64,000 nucleotides of DNA from Lama glama (taxonomy: Eukaryota). Made by a program: the position numbers and the translations under genes. The notes below the pieces were generated by a model. The model saw only the letters and a list, made by a program, of their open reading frames with translations. It was not told the origin of the DNA and did not search any database. Positions 1 to 13,472 of the stretch are shown piece after piece. How positions within the stretch are numbered: the stretch's first letter is position 1; every line of letters begins with the position of its first letter. The stretch is from positions 52,950,001 through 53,014,000 of the forward strand of contig CM052817.1 in assembly GCA_028534125.1 (NCBI GenBank), written 5' to 3'.

Positions 1-1248
1 TCTTTTAAGTTGAGTAGCACATAATTTATTCAGAAGGCATTTGAAACCATGTCTTTCTGATTCAAAAATCTATGTTATGAGAACTGGGTGTTTAACATAT
101 TATTATATTCTATAAAAATTGTTGTTGGTTTTGAGGGAACTATTATCAGATGTATTAAGTAACATTAAAATTAAATTAAGGATGGTTATGTAGTAGGTAA
201 GAAAAGTTATTAATTAAGCAATTATGATTATTTAAAATGTAAGAATTTTTCTCTAAAGTCACCATACATTTTAATGTATTGAATTGGTATGCCTTTAAAG
301 ACTTTAGCATCTATTTTTAAATATGGTATATTATTTTTCTAGACTATTGTTTGTTAAAATTATATATGATAAAAATCCAGTCCATGTTTATAGTACTGTG
401 TCAAATCTTTTAGGCCAAAATTAACTTAGGAGAGCCTTATTTCTAGCACCATCTTTTGATGATATTATATTATTCAGATGTTACATTAACTTTATCAAGA
501 TGATTCCTTAACTGTATAAACTCACTCCCAACTAAAGGAGGAAGACATTGCCTTGGATAGTCGAAGTGATGTTATAATTAGAAGATATACCATTATCTAG
601 ATTTCTCAGGTCTACATTATTATAATTCAAAACATTCTGCATAAATCATCTTGCTTAGCAATGTTGATGAATGAGAAGTCAGAGTGGCTTCAGTGTCTGT
701 ACAAAGCACATGCTTCATGCTTTTTCAGTAAGCATATTTTCATCAATTATTCAGTTCTAAAGATACATGGCAGCAAAAGTGAGTTTATGACAATTATTTG
801 TATCTGTTTCAGTCATATTTTAACATATTTTAACTAAGATAATTGCTTCACATAAGGAAAGGAAAATCCTGAAAATATATGTGGATAAAAAATAGTATTG
901 ATTCCCATGGCAGAAGTTCCATGTTTAGTTTTTCAAGCAAAAAATATAGTTTGTGAATTTTAATACAATATATATTCTATAAAATACTCTGATAATACTC
1001 TCAATATTGAGTTTTTAGGGCCTATATCTTGATTAACTGATCATTCTGTTTTTCTTGTTTATACTCTTTTGAGCAGATACTCAAAGCCAAATGACATAAC
1101 AGCTCAAAATTTAGAACACTCAAAAAATTCATACACATGTAGTATTTTAGTGTGTGGTACAAACTTGAAAATATATTCATATTTGTGTATTTACATATGT
1201 ATATGTACACATTACACAAACATACAGGTGTATATATATTTTCATATG

Positions 1249-1288
1249 CCTGTGTATACGTGTGTGTGTGTGTGTGTGTGTGTATATA
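1249..1288. repeat. (TG)n microsatellite with TA flanks
   Basis: Pure tgtg run at 1261-1282 read directly. Confidence 0.9.
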
Positions 1289-3454
1289 TTTGCAGCTGAC
1301 TCTCAGTATGTTTCAATCAGTGTTATAAGTTATAGCTTCCATAGATATTATATCATTTAGTTTTTCTAGTGGATTTAATTGAGGGAGATGATAAAATAGA
1401 TTCTATTTAGTCAGTATCCTGACTGTCTCAATTTAGAAAACACGTTTTCTACTTACTCCCAGATTATCATAACAGTTTTACTAAGAAAAATGTTTCTCTT
1501 CTGTAGAGTAAGAATAGAATTAGGTTACTTTTTCCCATAACTCCTTTTGAATTTTATATTTACATTTTTTTCTAAATTATTATATGTTTATTGTTGTGCT
1601 ATGAGGCACAAAATATATATTATGATCAGTTTGCCTTGTGAGGCATTCTTTCATTTATATATTCATTTAAACATGAAGTTAACATTTCATGTAAGTTTAA
1701 TTTTCATACTTAGAAAATATCTGTCCAAAAGAAGAAGGAAAATGTTGACGTGTCAGGAGGGAATGTTAGGTAGAGGCAGTTTTACATCGAGTTTTGTGAG
1801 TACATTTTTGTTGCAAATTATATCAAAATGTGCAGGATCCACTCATCACACAAATGGACCATTTTCTCACACATAATGGGACCAGAGTATTGATTTATTG
1901 TTAGTGTATATCAGAATTTGCCTTGATTACTACGTATCTCTCAGTGTAGCACAACTCATCCTTCTGGGTTTGAAGTGTAAGCTGTAACATTTTTATTGGA
2001 GTAGATATGTCTCAGATAAAAATAGAGTGTAGTTTTGCATTTTGGCATGACCTTGTCATTTCAGAAAGCATTACATTTTAACGACATATAACTTAAAATG
2101 CCTCTGGGAGTGAGTTGAATTTACTGATATATTTTTAAGAGTAATTACTTAGCAGAGGTTGTCAGAACACTTGTAGAGTATCAGCCTTCTTCAGGGCAGA
2201 TATTTGAGACTACTTGAAATGAATTAAGAATTCTACCATTAATGTTTGATGGGAGACCATAGTGAAAAAGATGGATGCTTATATAATTGACATCCTTAAC
2301 ATTTAGAGCTGAATACTGAAATGCCAGAAACATAATTCTGAATAAAATGTCAGGACCTAACTCAATAATATTTAATGATGTAGTAGGAAAGGAATGAACA
2401 GAAGTCATTTTATTATATTAATGAAATTATTTAAAATAGGCTTAATTGTCCCCATATATCACTAAGAAGTTTTTATTCATATTATTGTTTCTAAGAATAA
2501 TTTGTTTCAAATATTCAACTTCTTCCAGTTCAGGTATTTTAAACATCCTTCTGATTCACATGATTGCAAAATACTTTACAAAAATGTTAACAGCAATTGT
2601 ACTTGGTTAGCAAAATATTTTAATTACAGTTGGAATAGTACCAAATCCTGCTTTATTCTTGATATTTTTAGTCTTTGTCAAGAGATTGATCTTTTCCTAG
2701 TTAAATAGTATACTTAATAAAGTTACCTTATGCTAGTGGAATTAGTGAGAATATACAAAAATAAAAATAAAAACATACAATGTTGAAACTATCTACTCAA
2801 CTTACTAAGATAATTCATCATTAATTAGCATGTTTGAAAGATAACTGAATGACAAAAAATTATATTACATACTATATTTGAATAATTTTACTGATAATTC
2901 AATGAAAATGAGGGGCAAGAGTTTCAAGAATAATTCACATCATCTTTAAAAAGAAAATGGTGCTTTGGGGGATCGACTACAAAATGTTTTGGGGTAGGAT
3001 ACTTTGGAGAAGGCTTTTTACAGAATCTTTACTCACTATATATCCAAAACTGTAAGAAACTTGGTGCAGGTTATATAGTTCATCTGGTCATTTTGTCAAG
3101 CCTCAAATCCTGCCACTATAAGCTTAATTACTTCTATGAAAAAAAGATAGGCTACAGTGTGGTCATCAAATATATTTAACCATGTCCATCAATGTAGGGA
3201 AGGTTCTTGAAGATGATTCCTGGATAAGGTAGTAAATCACGCCTTCAATTTGGACAATAGAGGAAAGATGTCAATATTAAACACGGCATTCTGAGACCAT
3301 AGTGATAAGTAGCATGAGGTAGTGCAAGATACCAAATAGCATTAACTGCTTGTAAATATAGTCACTTTTTCTGTCTCTTTCTAGACTACCAAAGAGTTAA
3401 CCAATCTCCTGAGATTCATGTTCCTTTTCATAATATTATTTTAGTATATTTTAT

Positions 3455-3892
3455 AGTAATGTCTCTCAGATTGAACTCCCAAGTGCCTTCCAGGGATTCC
3501 AGAGGTCTAAATTACTGTCATGAGATTTCTCTTTCACTCACATTCCCTCATGAGTGTATAGTGGATTTATCAAAAGGCTTCAGGATGAGTGATATTGCCA
3601 CAGACTGAATGCAAGAAGGCATAAATCTTGCTGCCTTCATTACACCAGTTAGTAGGAAAATTTGCTGAAATGTAAAACAATGTCACTCTCTTTTTTTGGA
3701 AAGTGTAATTATTTTTAATAGAATATACTATTTAGGCAATGTGTTTATTATTATTTAAGTGAATTAATTTTTTTCAGATTTAACTTCTAATATTGAAAAT
3801 TTTAATGGCTTTAATATATGAATAAAATTCTTTGGATTCTCAATACTATCTGAAATTGTAGAATTTCCAAGAGCAAAGTTTGAGTACCACCA
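3455..3892 (+). mobile_element. hAT-Charlie DNA transposon remnant (Charlie1a/1b-like)
   Basis: Blocks 'ctttcactcacattccctcatgagtgtatagtgga', 'cagactgaatgcaagaag', 'aaatgtaaaacaatgtcactct' and end 'aaagtttgagtaccac' follow the recalled Charlie1 consensus in order. Confidence 0.65.
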
Positions 3893-5499
3893 TTTTATAG
3901 CATCTTTAGTGACTAAATTATTAATATTGGTTATTGTTATCATTTGAAGTGTCTTCTCCCCACACTTGCACTATTGGAGAGCTAGCATTTTTTCTTAGAT
4001 GTACGAATACTTTCTATTATAAGATATATGGTAACTAGAGTTTCCAAATCCTTTGCATTTTAGGAAAACCTACATTACAAATAGCCCCTGTAATTCATGG
4101 AAAATTCTGTATCTTTAACCTAATTAGTTATCATAGTCTAATCACACAGGAAAGCTACTCAAGTATAGTGCTTAGACATAGCTGCTTTACCAAATCACTT
4201 CCCGTGATTGTCAGCATGGTGGCAATCAGGATATTATTTTCCTCCTTTTCTATAAGCAAATTTGGGGCAAGAGGAATGCTCTCTCATTTTATCTCCAACT
4301 CATAGTACATGTTCTGGTAGCCATTCAAATATTTGATAAATTAATAAATGGCACATGTGGCAGAAATATGTGCACTATTTATTATTAGCATTCATTTATC
4401 CTGAATTTGTTAACCTCACCCAAGTCAGATTGACATTATTGTCCTATGCTTTTAAAAGACTTCCTTTACTGCTTTAGTGTATTAATCACCCATATGCATA
4501 AATGTTTTTATATTTTAAAATGAGTATTTCAAGTAATCTTTGAAATGATTCTGTTTCCTTATTGCCTTCAAAAGGAAGTAAAAACTTTTTCACATGATTT
4601 CCAAAGCCTTTTATTATCTGACTGAAGTTTAACTCTCAAAAATATAATTTTCCAGTGTCCTTTGAGTTATATTATGTTCTAGCCCTATAAAGATTTATAT
4701 TTTCCCAAACATAGCAATAACTCTGATGTTCATATTTTTCATACAAAATAGTAATAAAATATAATTACTATTTCCAACATTATAGTTTTATCTAATTTGC
4801 CAAGTTAAATTTCATAACATACACTTTGTTTTATGATCCTTTTTATCACAGTAATACCATTTCCCAGTATCACTTAGTGATAGCACTTAAACTGACATTA
4901 ACCATTTCTGTTAAGTCTAAATGTATACACATTGATGAATTTTAATATAACATGGGTTAATGATTAATGTTATACTTTGCATGATGCTTTTTTATTTCCT
5001 CTCATCCGTGTTATGTATTTTTGCTGGCTTTTAATTTACATTAAATAAAAATAAGGAAGTAAAATCATATCTAGTTTCTTTTTATGGAAGAATAAGTGAC
5101 TTACAATATTATATTAGTCTCAGATGTATAGTATAGTGATTCAGTATTTTTATACTTTAAGGAATGATCACACCACAACAAATCTAGTTACCATCTGTCA
5201 CCATACAATGTTGTAATAATATCATCAGCTCATTTTCTGTGCTAGCATTATAGCCAATGACTTATTTATTTTATACCTGGAAGTTTGATCTCTTAGTCCG
5301 CTTCATTTATCTTGCCAGTCCTCCCACTTCTTTCCCCTCTTCTAACTGCCACTTTGTTCTCTGTATCTGTGAGTCTGTTACTGTTTTGTTCATTTGTTTT
5401 GTTTTTTAGATTCCACATCTAAGTGAAATCAAATGGTATTTGTTTTTCTCAGTCTTACTGCACATAGCAATAATACCCTCTATGTCCATCTATATTGTT

Positions 5500-8400
5500 G
5501 CTAATGAGAAGATTTCATTCTTCTATATGGCTGTGTAATATTTTATCACGTGTGTATACCATATCTTCTTTATCCATTTATATATCAAAGGATAAAGATT
5601 GCTTCCATACCTAAACTATTGTAAATAATACTGCAGTTAACAGAGGGATGTATATATTTTTTTGAATTAGTGTTTTTATTTTCTTTGGATAAATACCCAA
5701 AAGTTGAATTGCTGAATTGTATGTTAGTTCTGTTTTTCATTTTTTTTGAGGAATCCCTATACTGTTTTCCATAGTGGCTGTATAAATTCCCACCAACAGT
5801 GAAAGTTTACCTTTTCTCTATATCCTCTTCAGCACTTGTTATTTTAAGTCTTTTTGATGATAGTCATTCTGACAGGTGTGAGGTGAATTCTCATTTGTGG
5901 TTTTGATTTGTATTTCCCTGATGACTAGTGATATTGAGTATCTTTTCATGTGCCTGTTAACCATCTGTATATCTTCTTTGGAAACAGTCTTTTCAGATTG
6001 TCTGCTGTTTTTAAAATCAGATTGTTCCTTTGATAATGAGTTGTATATGTTTTTAAAAAATATATTTTGGATATTACGCCCTTATCAGATATATAACTTG
6101 CAAATATCTTCTTCCATTCAATAGGTTGCCTTGCATTTGGTTGATGGTTTCCTTTCCTGTGCAAAAGCTTTCTTGTCTGATTCATTTGTTTGTTGTTGCT
6201 TTTGTTGCCCTTGCCTGAGGAGACAGATCCAAAAAATGTTACTAAGACCCATGTCAAAGAGCATATGGTCTGTTTTATTCTAGGGGTTTTATAGATTTAA
6301 ATCTTACATATAAATCTATAGTCCATTTGAGTTTATTTTGTACATGATGTAAGAGTATTATCTAGTTTCATTCTTTCATGGATAGATGTCCAGCTTTTCC
6401 AATATGAGTTATTGTAGAGACAGTCTTTTCCCTATTGTATATTTGTGCTTCCTTTGTCATGCATTAATTGACCATAAAAGTATGAGTTTTTTTCTGGGCT
6501 CTCTATTCTTTTCCATTGATCTACATGTCTAGTTTTGTGCCAGTACCATACTGTTTTGATTACTGTAGCTTTGCAGGATAGTTTGCAATCAAGAAGCACA
6601 ATTCCTCCTGCTCTGTTCTTCTTGCTCAAAATTGCTTTGATCATTTGTGATTCCATACAAATTTTAGGATTGTTTGTTCTAGTTTTGTGAAAAATGCCAT
6701 GGGTACTTTGATAAGAATTGCATTGAATCCATAGGCTGTTTTGGGTAGTATGGACATTTTAACAAAATTAAATCTTCCAATTCATAAACATGGTATATCT
6801 TTCCATTTATTTGTGTCATCTTCAGTTTTTTCCATTAACATCTCATAGTTTTTGGTGTATAGGTTTTTCACCTCCTTGGTTAGATTTATTCCTAGGAATT
6901 TCAGTTTTTTTTTTATGTAGTTGTTAACGGAATTGTTTTCTTAATTTCTTTTTCTGATAGTTCATTATTAGTGTATAGAAATGCAGCATATTTCTATATA
7001 TTCATCTTGTATCATGCAACTTTACTGAATGTATTTATTAGTTCTAATAGTTTCTTGGTGAAGTCTCTAGGGTCTTTGATACATTGTATCATGTTATTTT
7101 CAAATAATGACAGTTTTTCTTCTTCCCTTCTAATTTGGATACCTTCTGTTTCTTTTCTTATCTGATTTCTGTGGCTAGAACATCCAATAGTATATTGAAT
7201 AAAAGTGGGAAGAGTGGACATTGTTGTTTTTTTTCCTGATCTTAGAGGAAAAGCTTTCAGCTGTTCACCAGTAAGTATGATGATATCTGTGGATTTGTCA
7301 TATATGGCCTTTATTATGGTGAGGTATGTTCCCTCTCTACCCACTGTGTTGAGAGTTTTTATCATAAACAAATGTTAAATTTTGTCAACTGGCTTTTCTG
7401 CATTCATTGAAATGATCATGTGATTTTTATCCTTTGTTAATATAATGTATCACATTGATTTGTGACTGTTGAGACATTCTTGCATCCCTGGAATAAGTCC
7501 TTAATTAACATGCTGTATGATCCTTTTAATGTATTTTTGAACTTCCTTTGTTAATATTTTGTTGACGATTTCTTCATCTTATGTTCATCAGGGATATTGA
7601 ACTGTAATTTTTTGTAGTATCTTTGTCTATTTTTGGTGTCAGGGTAATGCTGGCCTCATAGAATGAGTTTGGTAGTGTTTGTTCCTCTTCTATTTTTGGA
7701 GTAGTTTGAGAAGGATGAATATTAACTCTCCTTTAAATAGTTGGTAGAAATCCCCTGTGAAGCCATCTGGTCTTTGACTTTTGTTTGCTGGAAGTTTTTT
7801 AATTAATGATTTAATTTCATTACTACTTATCAGTCTGTTCAGATTTTCTGTTTCTTCCTGATTCAGTCTTGGAAGATTGTATGTTTTTAGGAATTTATTC
7901 ATTTCTTCTAGGTGGTCCAATTGTTTGTAGTAATCTCTTATGATTATATTTCTGATGTATGGTGGTACACCTTTTTTATTTTTGATTTTATTTACTTGGG
8001 CCATCTATTTTTGTCTTGATAAGTCCAGCTAAAGGTTTGTCAGTTTTGGTTTACCTTTCAAAGAACCAACACTTAGTTTCATTAATCTTTTATAAGCATT
8101 TTAATATTATATCTATATCTCTATATCTCTCTATATAGAGATATAGATCTCTGTTTCATTGTTTCCATTCTGATCTGTATTATTTCCTTCCTTCTACTAA
8201 ATTTGGACTTTGTTTTTTTCTTCTTTTTCTAGTTGCTTTATATATAAAGCTATATTACATAGAGACTTTTCTTGTTTCTTGAGGTAAATCTATTGCTATG
8301 AACTTCCCTCCTACAACTGCTTTTTTCTGTGTCCCATATATTTTGGAAAGTTGTGTTCCCATTTTTATTTGTCTCAATGTTTTTAAATTTTTTCTTTGAA

Positions 8401-8705
8401 TTCTTCACTAACTAATTGGTTGTTTAGCATGTTGTGTAGTCTCAATATAGTAGTGTTTTTTTCCAGTTTTCTTTGTGTAATTAATTCTGATTTCATACTG
8501 TTGCAGCTGGAAGAGATGCTTGATGTGGTTTCAGTTTTCTTAAAATTTTAAGACTTGTTTTGTAGGCTAACATATGATCTATCCAGGAGAATGTTTTGTT
8601 TGCACTTGAAAAGAATGTGTACTCTCCAATTTGGGGATGGAATGTTTTATGTTTATGTAAGTCTGTTGGTCTAAGGTGCCATTTAAGACCACTGTTTCCT
8701 AATTG
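5500..8705 (-). pseudogene. Disrupted L1 ORF2 (partial endonuclease, reverse transcriptase, C-terminal domain)
   Basis: Collinear L1 ORF2 fragments at 7690-8004, 7012-7371, 6432-6656 and 5946-6257 separated by stops and frameshifts; RT motif LFADDM decayed to LSLFENNMI. Confidence 0.92.
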
Positions 8706-8830
8706 ATTTTTTTGGTTGTATTTTTTTTTTCTTTCAGTACTTTAAATATATTGCGCCACTCCCTTCTTGCCTGCAAAGTTTCTCCTGAAACATCAGCTGA
8801 TAGACATATGTGGGATCCCTGCTAGTGATT

Positions 8831-8831
<1 letters not shown>

Positions 8832-8863
<32 letters not shown>

Positions 8864-8897
8864 TATACTAGACACACACATACATATATATATATGT
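8832..8897. repeat. Compound (TG)n(TA)n..(CA)n(TA)n microsatellite inside L1 ORF1
   Basis: Read directly; interrupts ORF1-like sequence. Confidence 0.85.
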
Positions 8898-11800
8898 CTC
8901 TTGCTGCCTTTAAAATTAACTCTTAATTTTAACTTTTATTATTTTAATTATGAAATGTCTTGGTGTGGATCTCTTTGAATTCTTGTTTAGGACTCTCTGT
9001 GCTTTCTGGACCTGTATATCTTTTTTCATCCATTATTAAGGAAGTTTTTAGCCATTATTTCTTCAAGTAAGTTTTATTATTAGGGAAGTTCTCAGCCATT
9101 ATTTCCTCAAATAAGTTTTCTCCCCCCTTTTCTCTCCCTGTTCTCCTTCTGGGACCCCTAAAATGCAAATGTTAGTATACTTGATGTTATCCTAGAGGTC
9201 CATTAAACTATCCTTTTTTTAAGTTTTTTGTTTGTTTTGCTGTTATATTGTGATTTCCACAATTCTGTCTTCCAGATCACTTATGCATTCTTCTGTATCA
9301 TCTAATTGTCTTGTTTTTCTCTCAAGTGTAATTCTGTTTTAATTTTGTATTCTTCAGATATGATTCTGTTTTAGTTTTGTGTTCTTGAGATCTGATTTAA
9401 CTCCTTGTTGAAATTCTCACTGTGTTCCTTCATTCTTCAGAGTTTAGTGAGCATTTTGTGACCATTACATTGAACTCTTTATCAGACAAATTACTTTTGT
9501 TTCATTATCATTCTTTTCTGATGTTTTATCTTGTTATTTCATTTGGAGTATATTTCTTTGTTTTCTCATTTTGTTTCACTTTCTGTGTTTGTTTTCTATG
9601 AATTAGGCAAAACAGTTACCTCTCCTAGTCTTGAAGGCATGACCTTGTGTATGAGTGTCCCCTGTGTAGAAGACTGCATGTGCTGGTTGGCTTTGGCAGT
9701 TGGGCTGGGGCTGGAGCAAACATAGGTTGGAGGGTCCTTCAGGGCACTGAACTGGGGCTGCCTTGACTAGATCACTGGATCTGGAATTGGTGAGGGCTAG
9801 GTTTTTCCTGGGTTGTACTGAGCCAGGATGGAGTTGCCTTGGTGAGGTGTCTGGAACTGGAGTAGACATGGCCGGGGGTAGCTGGGGTGACCTTGGCAGG
9901 TTGGCTGGAGTGCCAGGTGCTTTCAAACTGCTACCTCTGTGCTGGGACTTGCTCAGACTGATTGAGATTATGTATGCACCTTCAAGAGTAGAGTCTTGGT
10001 TTCCTACAGCCCTCTGGTTCCCCTAGACATAAGCAACACATAGCACTGCTGGTTTTCAAAGCCAGATGTTCTGGGGGCTCAATTCTTAGTGTGTGGGTCC
10101 CCAGAGCTAAGTTGCCCAATGTAAAGCTCAAACCTCTTGCTCCTCAGGGAAGACTGCCATGTTTGTGATATCTCCTCCTGCATTTAGTTTACATGCCAGG
10201 CATGTGAATCCCAAGTAGACTGAATCTCTTCTGTTCCTACCTATCTCAATGTGTTTTATTTTTCTTTATTTCTTTAATTATAGAAGAGCTGTTCCACTAG
10301 CCTCAGGTTGTTCTCAGAGACAGTTGATCTATATATAGTTTTACTTTTGGTGTGTTGTGGGAGGAGGTAAGCTCAGGATCTTTCTGCCTTGCTGTCTTGA
10401 TCTCATCCCTTGTCATTTTTTAGTTCTTCTTATTGTTAATGCTTTTTTATTCAATGCAAGTGAAGTCTTCAACTTCATTTTATTTTACTTCTATATTTGT
10501 CTTTTTATTTATATAATATAATATATTAAATATATTTTTAATATAATAAACTTTGTTAATTTGGAGAATAAATAATTTGATAATCTATATTACTTCATCA
10601 AATTTCTGGTGGTCATGCATACCTGCATGGCTTCCAAACTTTTGAAGAACATTGAAAGCTGGTACAATGCAATATTTTTTTGATTAGGATACTTAGCCAG
10701 AGAGAATGTAAAATTGTTATTAACAGTTGCACTAAATTTATTTACTGACCATTTAAATGTCTGAAATTTTATTTTATTATGCCAAGGGAATATTATTAAC
10801 TATGAAATTAAACTTACATTCCATCAAGCCAAATTTATTGTGTAGTAATTGATTTATTTAATTGGGCTTTGCTTACTTAGAAAACATCTGTAATCAGGAA
10901 TATAGAAAGTTTTTTTTTTAATGTTTGAAATGACGCATGCTGCTTTTTGTGGAAGTTATGTTCTTATGATTTGGACAGTATCAATAAGTGTAATTTTAAA
11001 TTTCGATGATGTGTTTGGCATATTGTAACTTTTCTTATGGAAGCACACCAGATTAGATTGGAGTATTTAATTTTGTACTGAGAGCACCTTTTCTTCATTG
11101 CTTAGTTCATCTTTAATCCATTTGAAAGCTTGTGAGTACAGCAAGGTATTTTTTTTTAAATACATTTTTCTGTTTCCCAGAGGTGGTGCCTGCTATTTAT
11201 TTCTAAGTCATTTAGCAGATTCTTGATCATAACTTAGAATATATAATTTATCATTAGAAGTAATCTTCCTAGATAATGTTTATATATTCATCACATTAAA
11301 GTATAGCTTGTTTATTATATTTTATTATCATTACTCATTTTTTTGTCATAACTTTATTAACCATTTTAATCTTTATTGGAGGATGAGACAAAACCAAATA
11401 TGATGGTAACTAATTCCCTGTATGTTTTATTTACAACTTTTGGACCAAAATATACATAATGAACAAAAATATTGTATTTTATTTGTATGGATATGTTATA
11501 AAAACATGCTAAATTAAACTAGTATGGGCATGTTTTAAATAATTTATTTACCTGGTCTGTCCTTTGGATATTTTTAATGTTGTAAAATAATTTCATCTAC
11601 CACATACTAGAGACATTGGGACTACTTGAAATTTAGTTCATAATATTATGTGGTAAAACAGGAGTTTCCATAGGGTCCAAGTATAGAAGATCATCTCAAA
11701 AGTAATAAAAATAAGAATTCTTCCAATTGTTAAATTCACAACAAAGCAAGGAAATGCCAAATGAAGAAATCTGATAACTTTTTTTTTAGGTTTTTATAGT

Positions 11801-12363
11801 GTTACATTTCAGAAAATATTTGTCACCTGGTAATTATTCTTTCCCTTTTAAACTATTGCTTGAACAGTTGTTTGTATAGTTAGTAATGTATTAATTAATA
11901 CTCATAATATCACTCTGGCAAAAAGATAATTTTACTATTAAGAAAAATATATTAATTGTGATAATCTCTCAGAACCTTCCTTCAAAATATATAGCTTGTT
12001 TCAAGCTAATAAACTGACTATAATTATTTTGGCATAATTTTAGAACATATGTCAATTCTGTACAAACTTTGTAAAAAAAAGAAAGAAAAATCAATTTGAT
12101 CCTTCTTGACTTAATGTTGAAATAAGGAGATTCCAAGTACTCCAGGTTTTTCTTTACCTGTAGGTAAAATTCAACACCCCCAGCCCAGTAATTCCTTATT
12201 CAAAGAGAAATTAAATGTGATCTTTATTTTAAATAATTGATACTAAAATCTGTATATTACTTTGATTTCATTTTTTGGTATGACTCAATAAATTACAGGT
12301 TTCTTGTAGAAAGCCAGGAAACATGTAAATGGACTACACAGTCTTTGAGTCTTCTGATTTTAG

Positions 12364-12847
12364 TGTAACCAAGTCCAGGTGCTCCCCACATGACAGGCTA
12401 ATAAATCGAGGAATGAGTTTTTGGGGCAAGGAATAATGACTTTATTCAGAAAGCCAGCAGATGAGAGGATGATGGACTAGTGTCCCAAAGAACCATCTTG
12501 CCTGAGTTTGGATGCTAGTTTCTTTATAGAGCAAAGAAGGGGCGGTGAGGAGGTAAAGTAAGAAAGGTGATAAGTTGTTGCAAGTACTTCCTGGTCCCAG
12601 CCGGACTCTGGAGGGGATGCAGCCATTTACAAGTAGGCCTGGTCAGGGTGTTTCCTGTTAACTAGACAAAGATATTTTAGCTTAAGTTCAAGCGTGGGAT
12701 GCAGATTTCCAGAAATGGGCCATTATGTATACTTTAAACTACAGGCAACATCTCTTTAGTGATTAACTTGTAGCAAAAGCAATAAAATACAAAGGTTTAA
12801 AAAAAAAAAGAACCAATATGGAGTCAGATTTGTTTTTCCCTGTTACA
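12364..12847 (-). mobile_element. Solo LTR, probably ERV1 class (484 bp)
   Basis: Perfect 6-bp terminal inverted repeat TGTAAC...GTTACA; flanks TTAG/CTAG (3 of 4 matching TSD); minus-strand TATAAA (12523-12528) followed by AATAAA (12441-12446). Confidence 0.85.
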
Positions 12848-13384
12848 CTAGTTTTCCATGGTTTAGATTTCTTCACATGGTATTATTTTTATTTATTCCT
12901 CTAATTCAAAAGCATTTGAGCAAGAAGAATATTTTAAGGATTTAAAAGAAAATGTGTTGTTCATTTTTAATTACCATTTTGTAAGTTCATTACTACTTCA
13001 AACTCTATAAATTTTGGAAGCCTCACAAAAACTTTTACATTCTTAGAGCGTTTAAGAATGTTTATAGAAAGTATGAAATAATGAGAGTTGTGGTATTCTT
13101 TCGTTACTAAGGACAACTTCAACATCTCCCATACCTTCACCTTATCCCTGATGGCAGGTCATCCATCTGTCCCTGCTCCCCAGCAATATACACACACCTT
13201 GTCTGCACTCCCAGGTTTTTAACATACAGTTTGGAGATTTCTCCTTTTTATTTTTCTGTCACTGATTTATGGATTTTGGCTAGAAACTTTCCTTTTTAAT
13301 TAATTAAATAGAAAAATAACAAAACAGAACAACAACAAAAAAAGTGTGCATAGAGGAACAACTATATGAGGCTATACCAGAAAG

Positions 13385-13472
13385 CAATGTCTGCAAGCCA
13401 AGAAAAGACAGGCTTCAGGGGAAACTAAACTTGCTGACATCTTGGTCTTGGATGTCTAGCCTCCAGAATCCT
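13385..13472 (+). mobile_element. MaLR MLT1 LTR fragment
   Basis: 'gccaag...aaactaaacttgctgacatcttggtcttggatgtctagcctccagaa' is the typical MLT1 3' block. Confidence 0.65.

Larger units (their letters stand above)
5075..10410 (-). mobile_element. LINE-1, near full-length (5'UTR, ORF1, ORF2, 3'UTR), inactivated, with an internal deletion at ~8700-8730
   Basis: T-tract and 3'UTR at ~5075-5500; ORF2 peptides in the ORF track ([51 protein letters not shown]); ORF1-like sequence at 8730-9600; GC-richer 5'UTR at ~9620-10410. Confidence 0.93.

Noticed and set aside
8105..8152. Palindromic (TA/TC/GA) tract in L1 ORF2
   Set aside because: Microsatellite-derived low-complexity self-complementarity.
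11004..11081. Second C/D snoRNA-like span
   Set aside because: Imperfect C box and weak terminal pairing.
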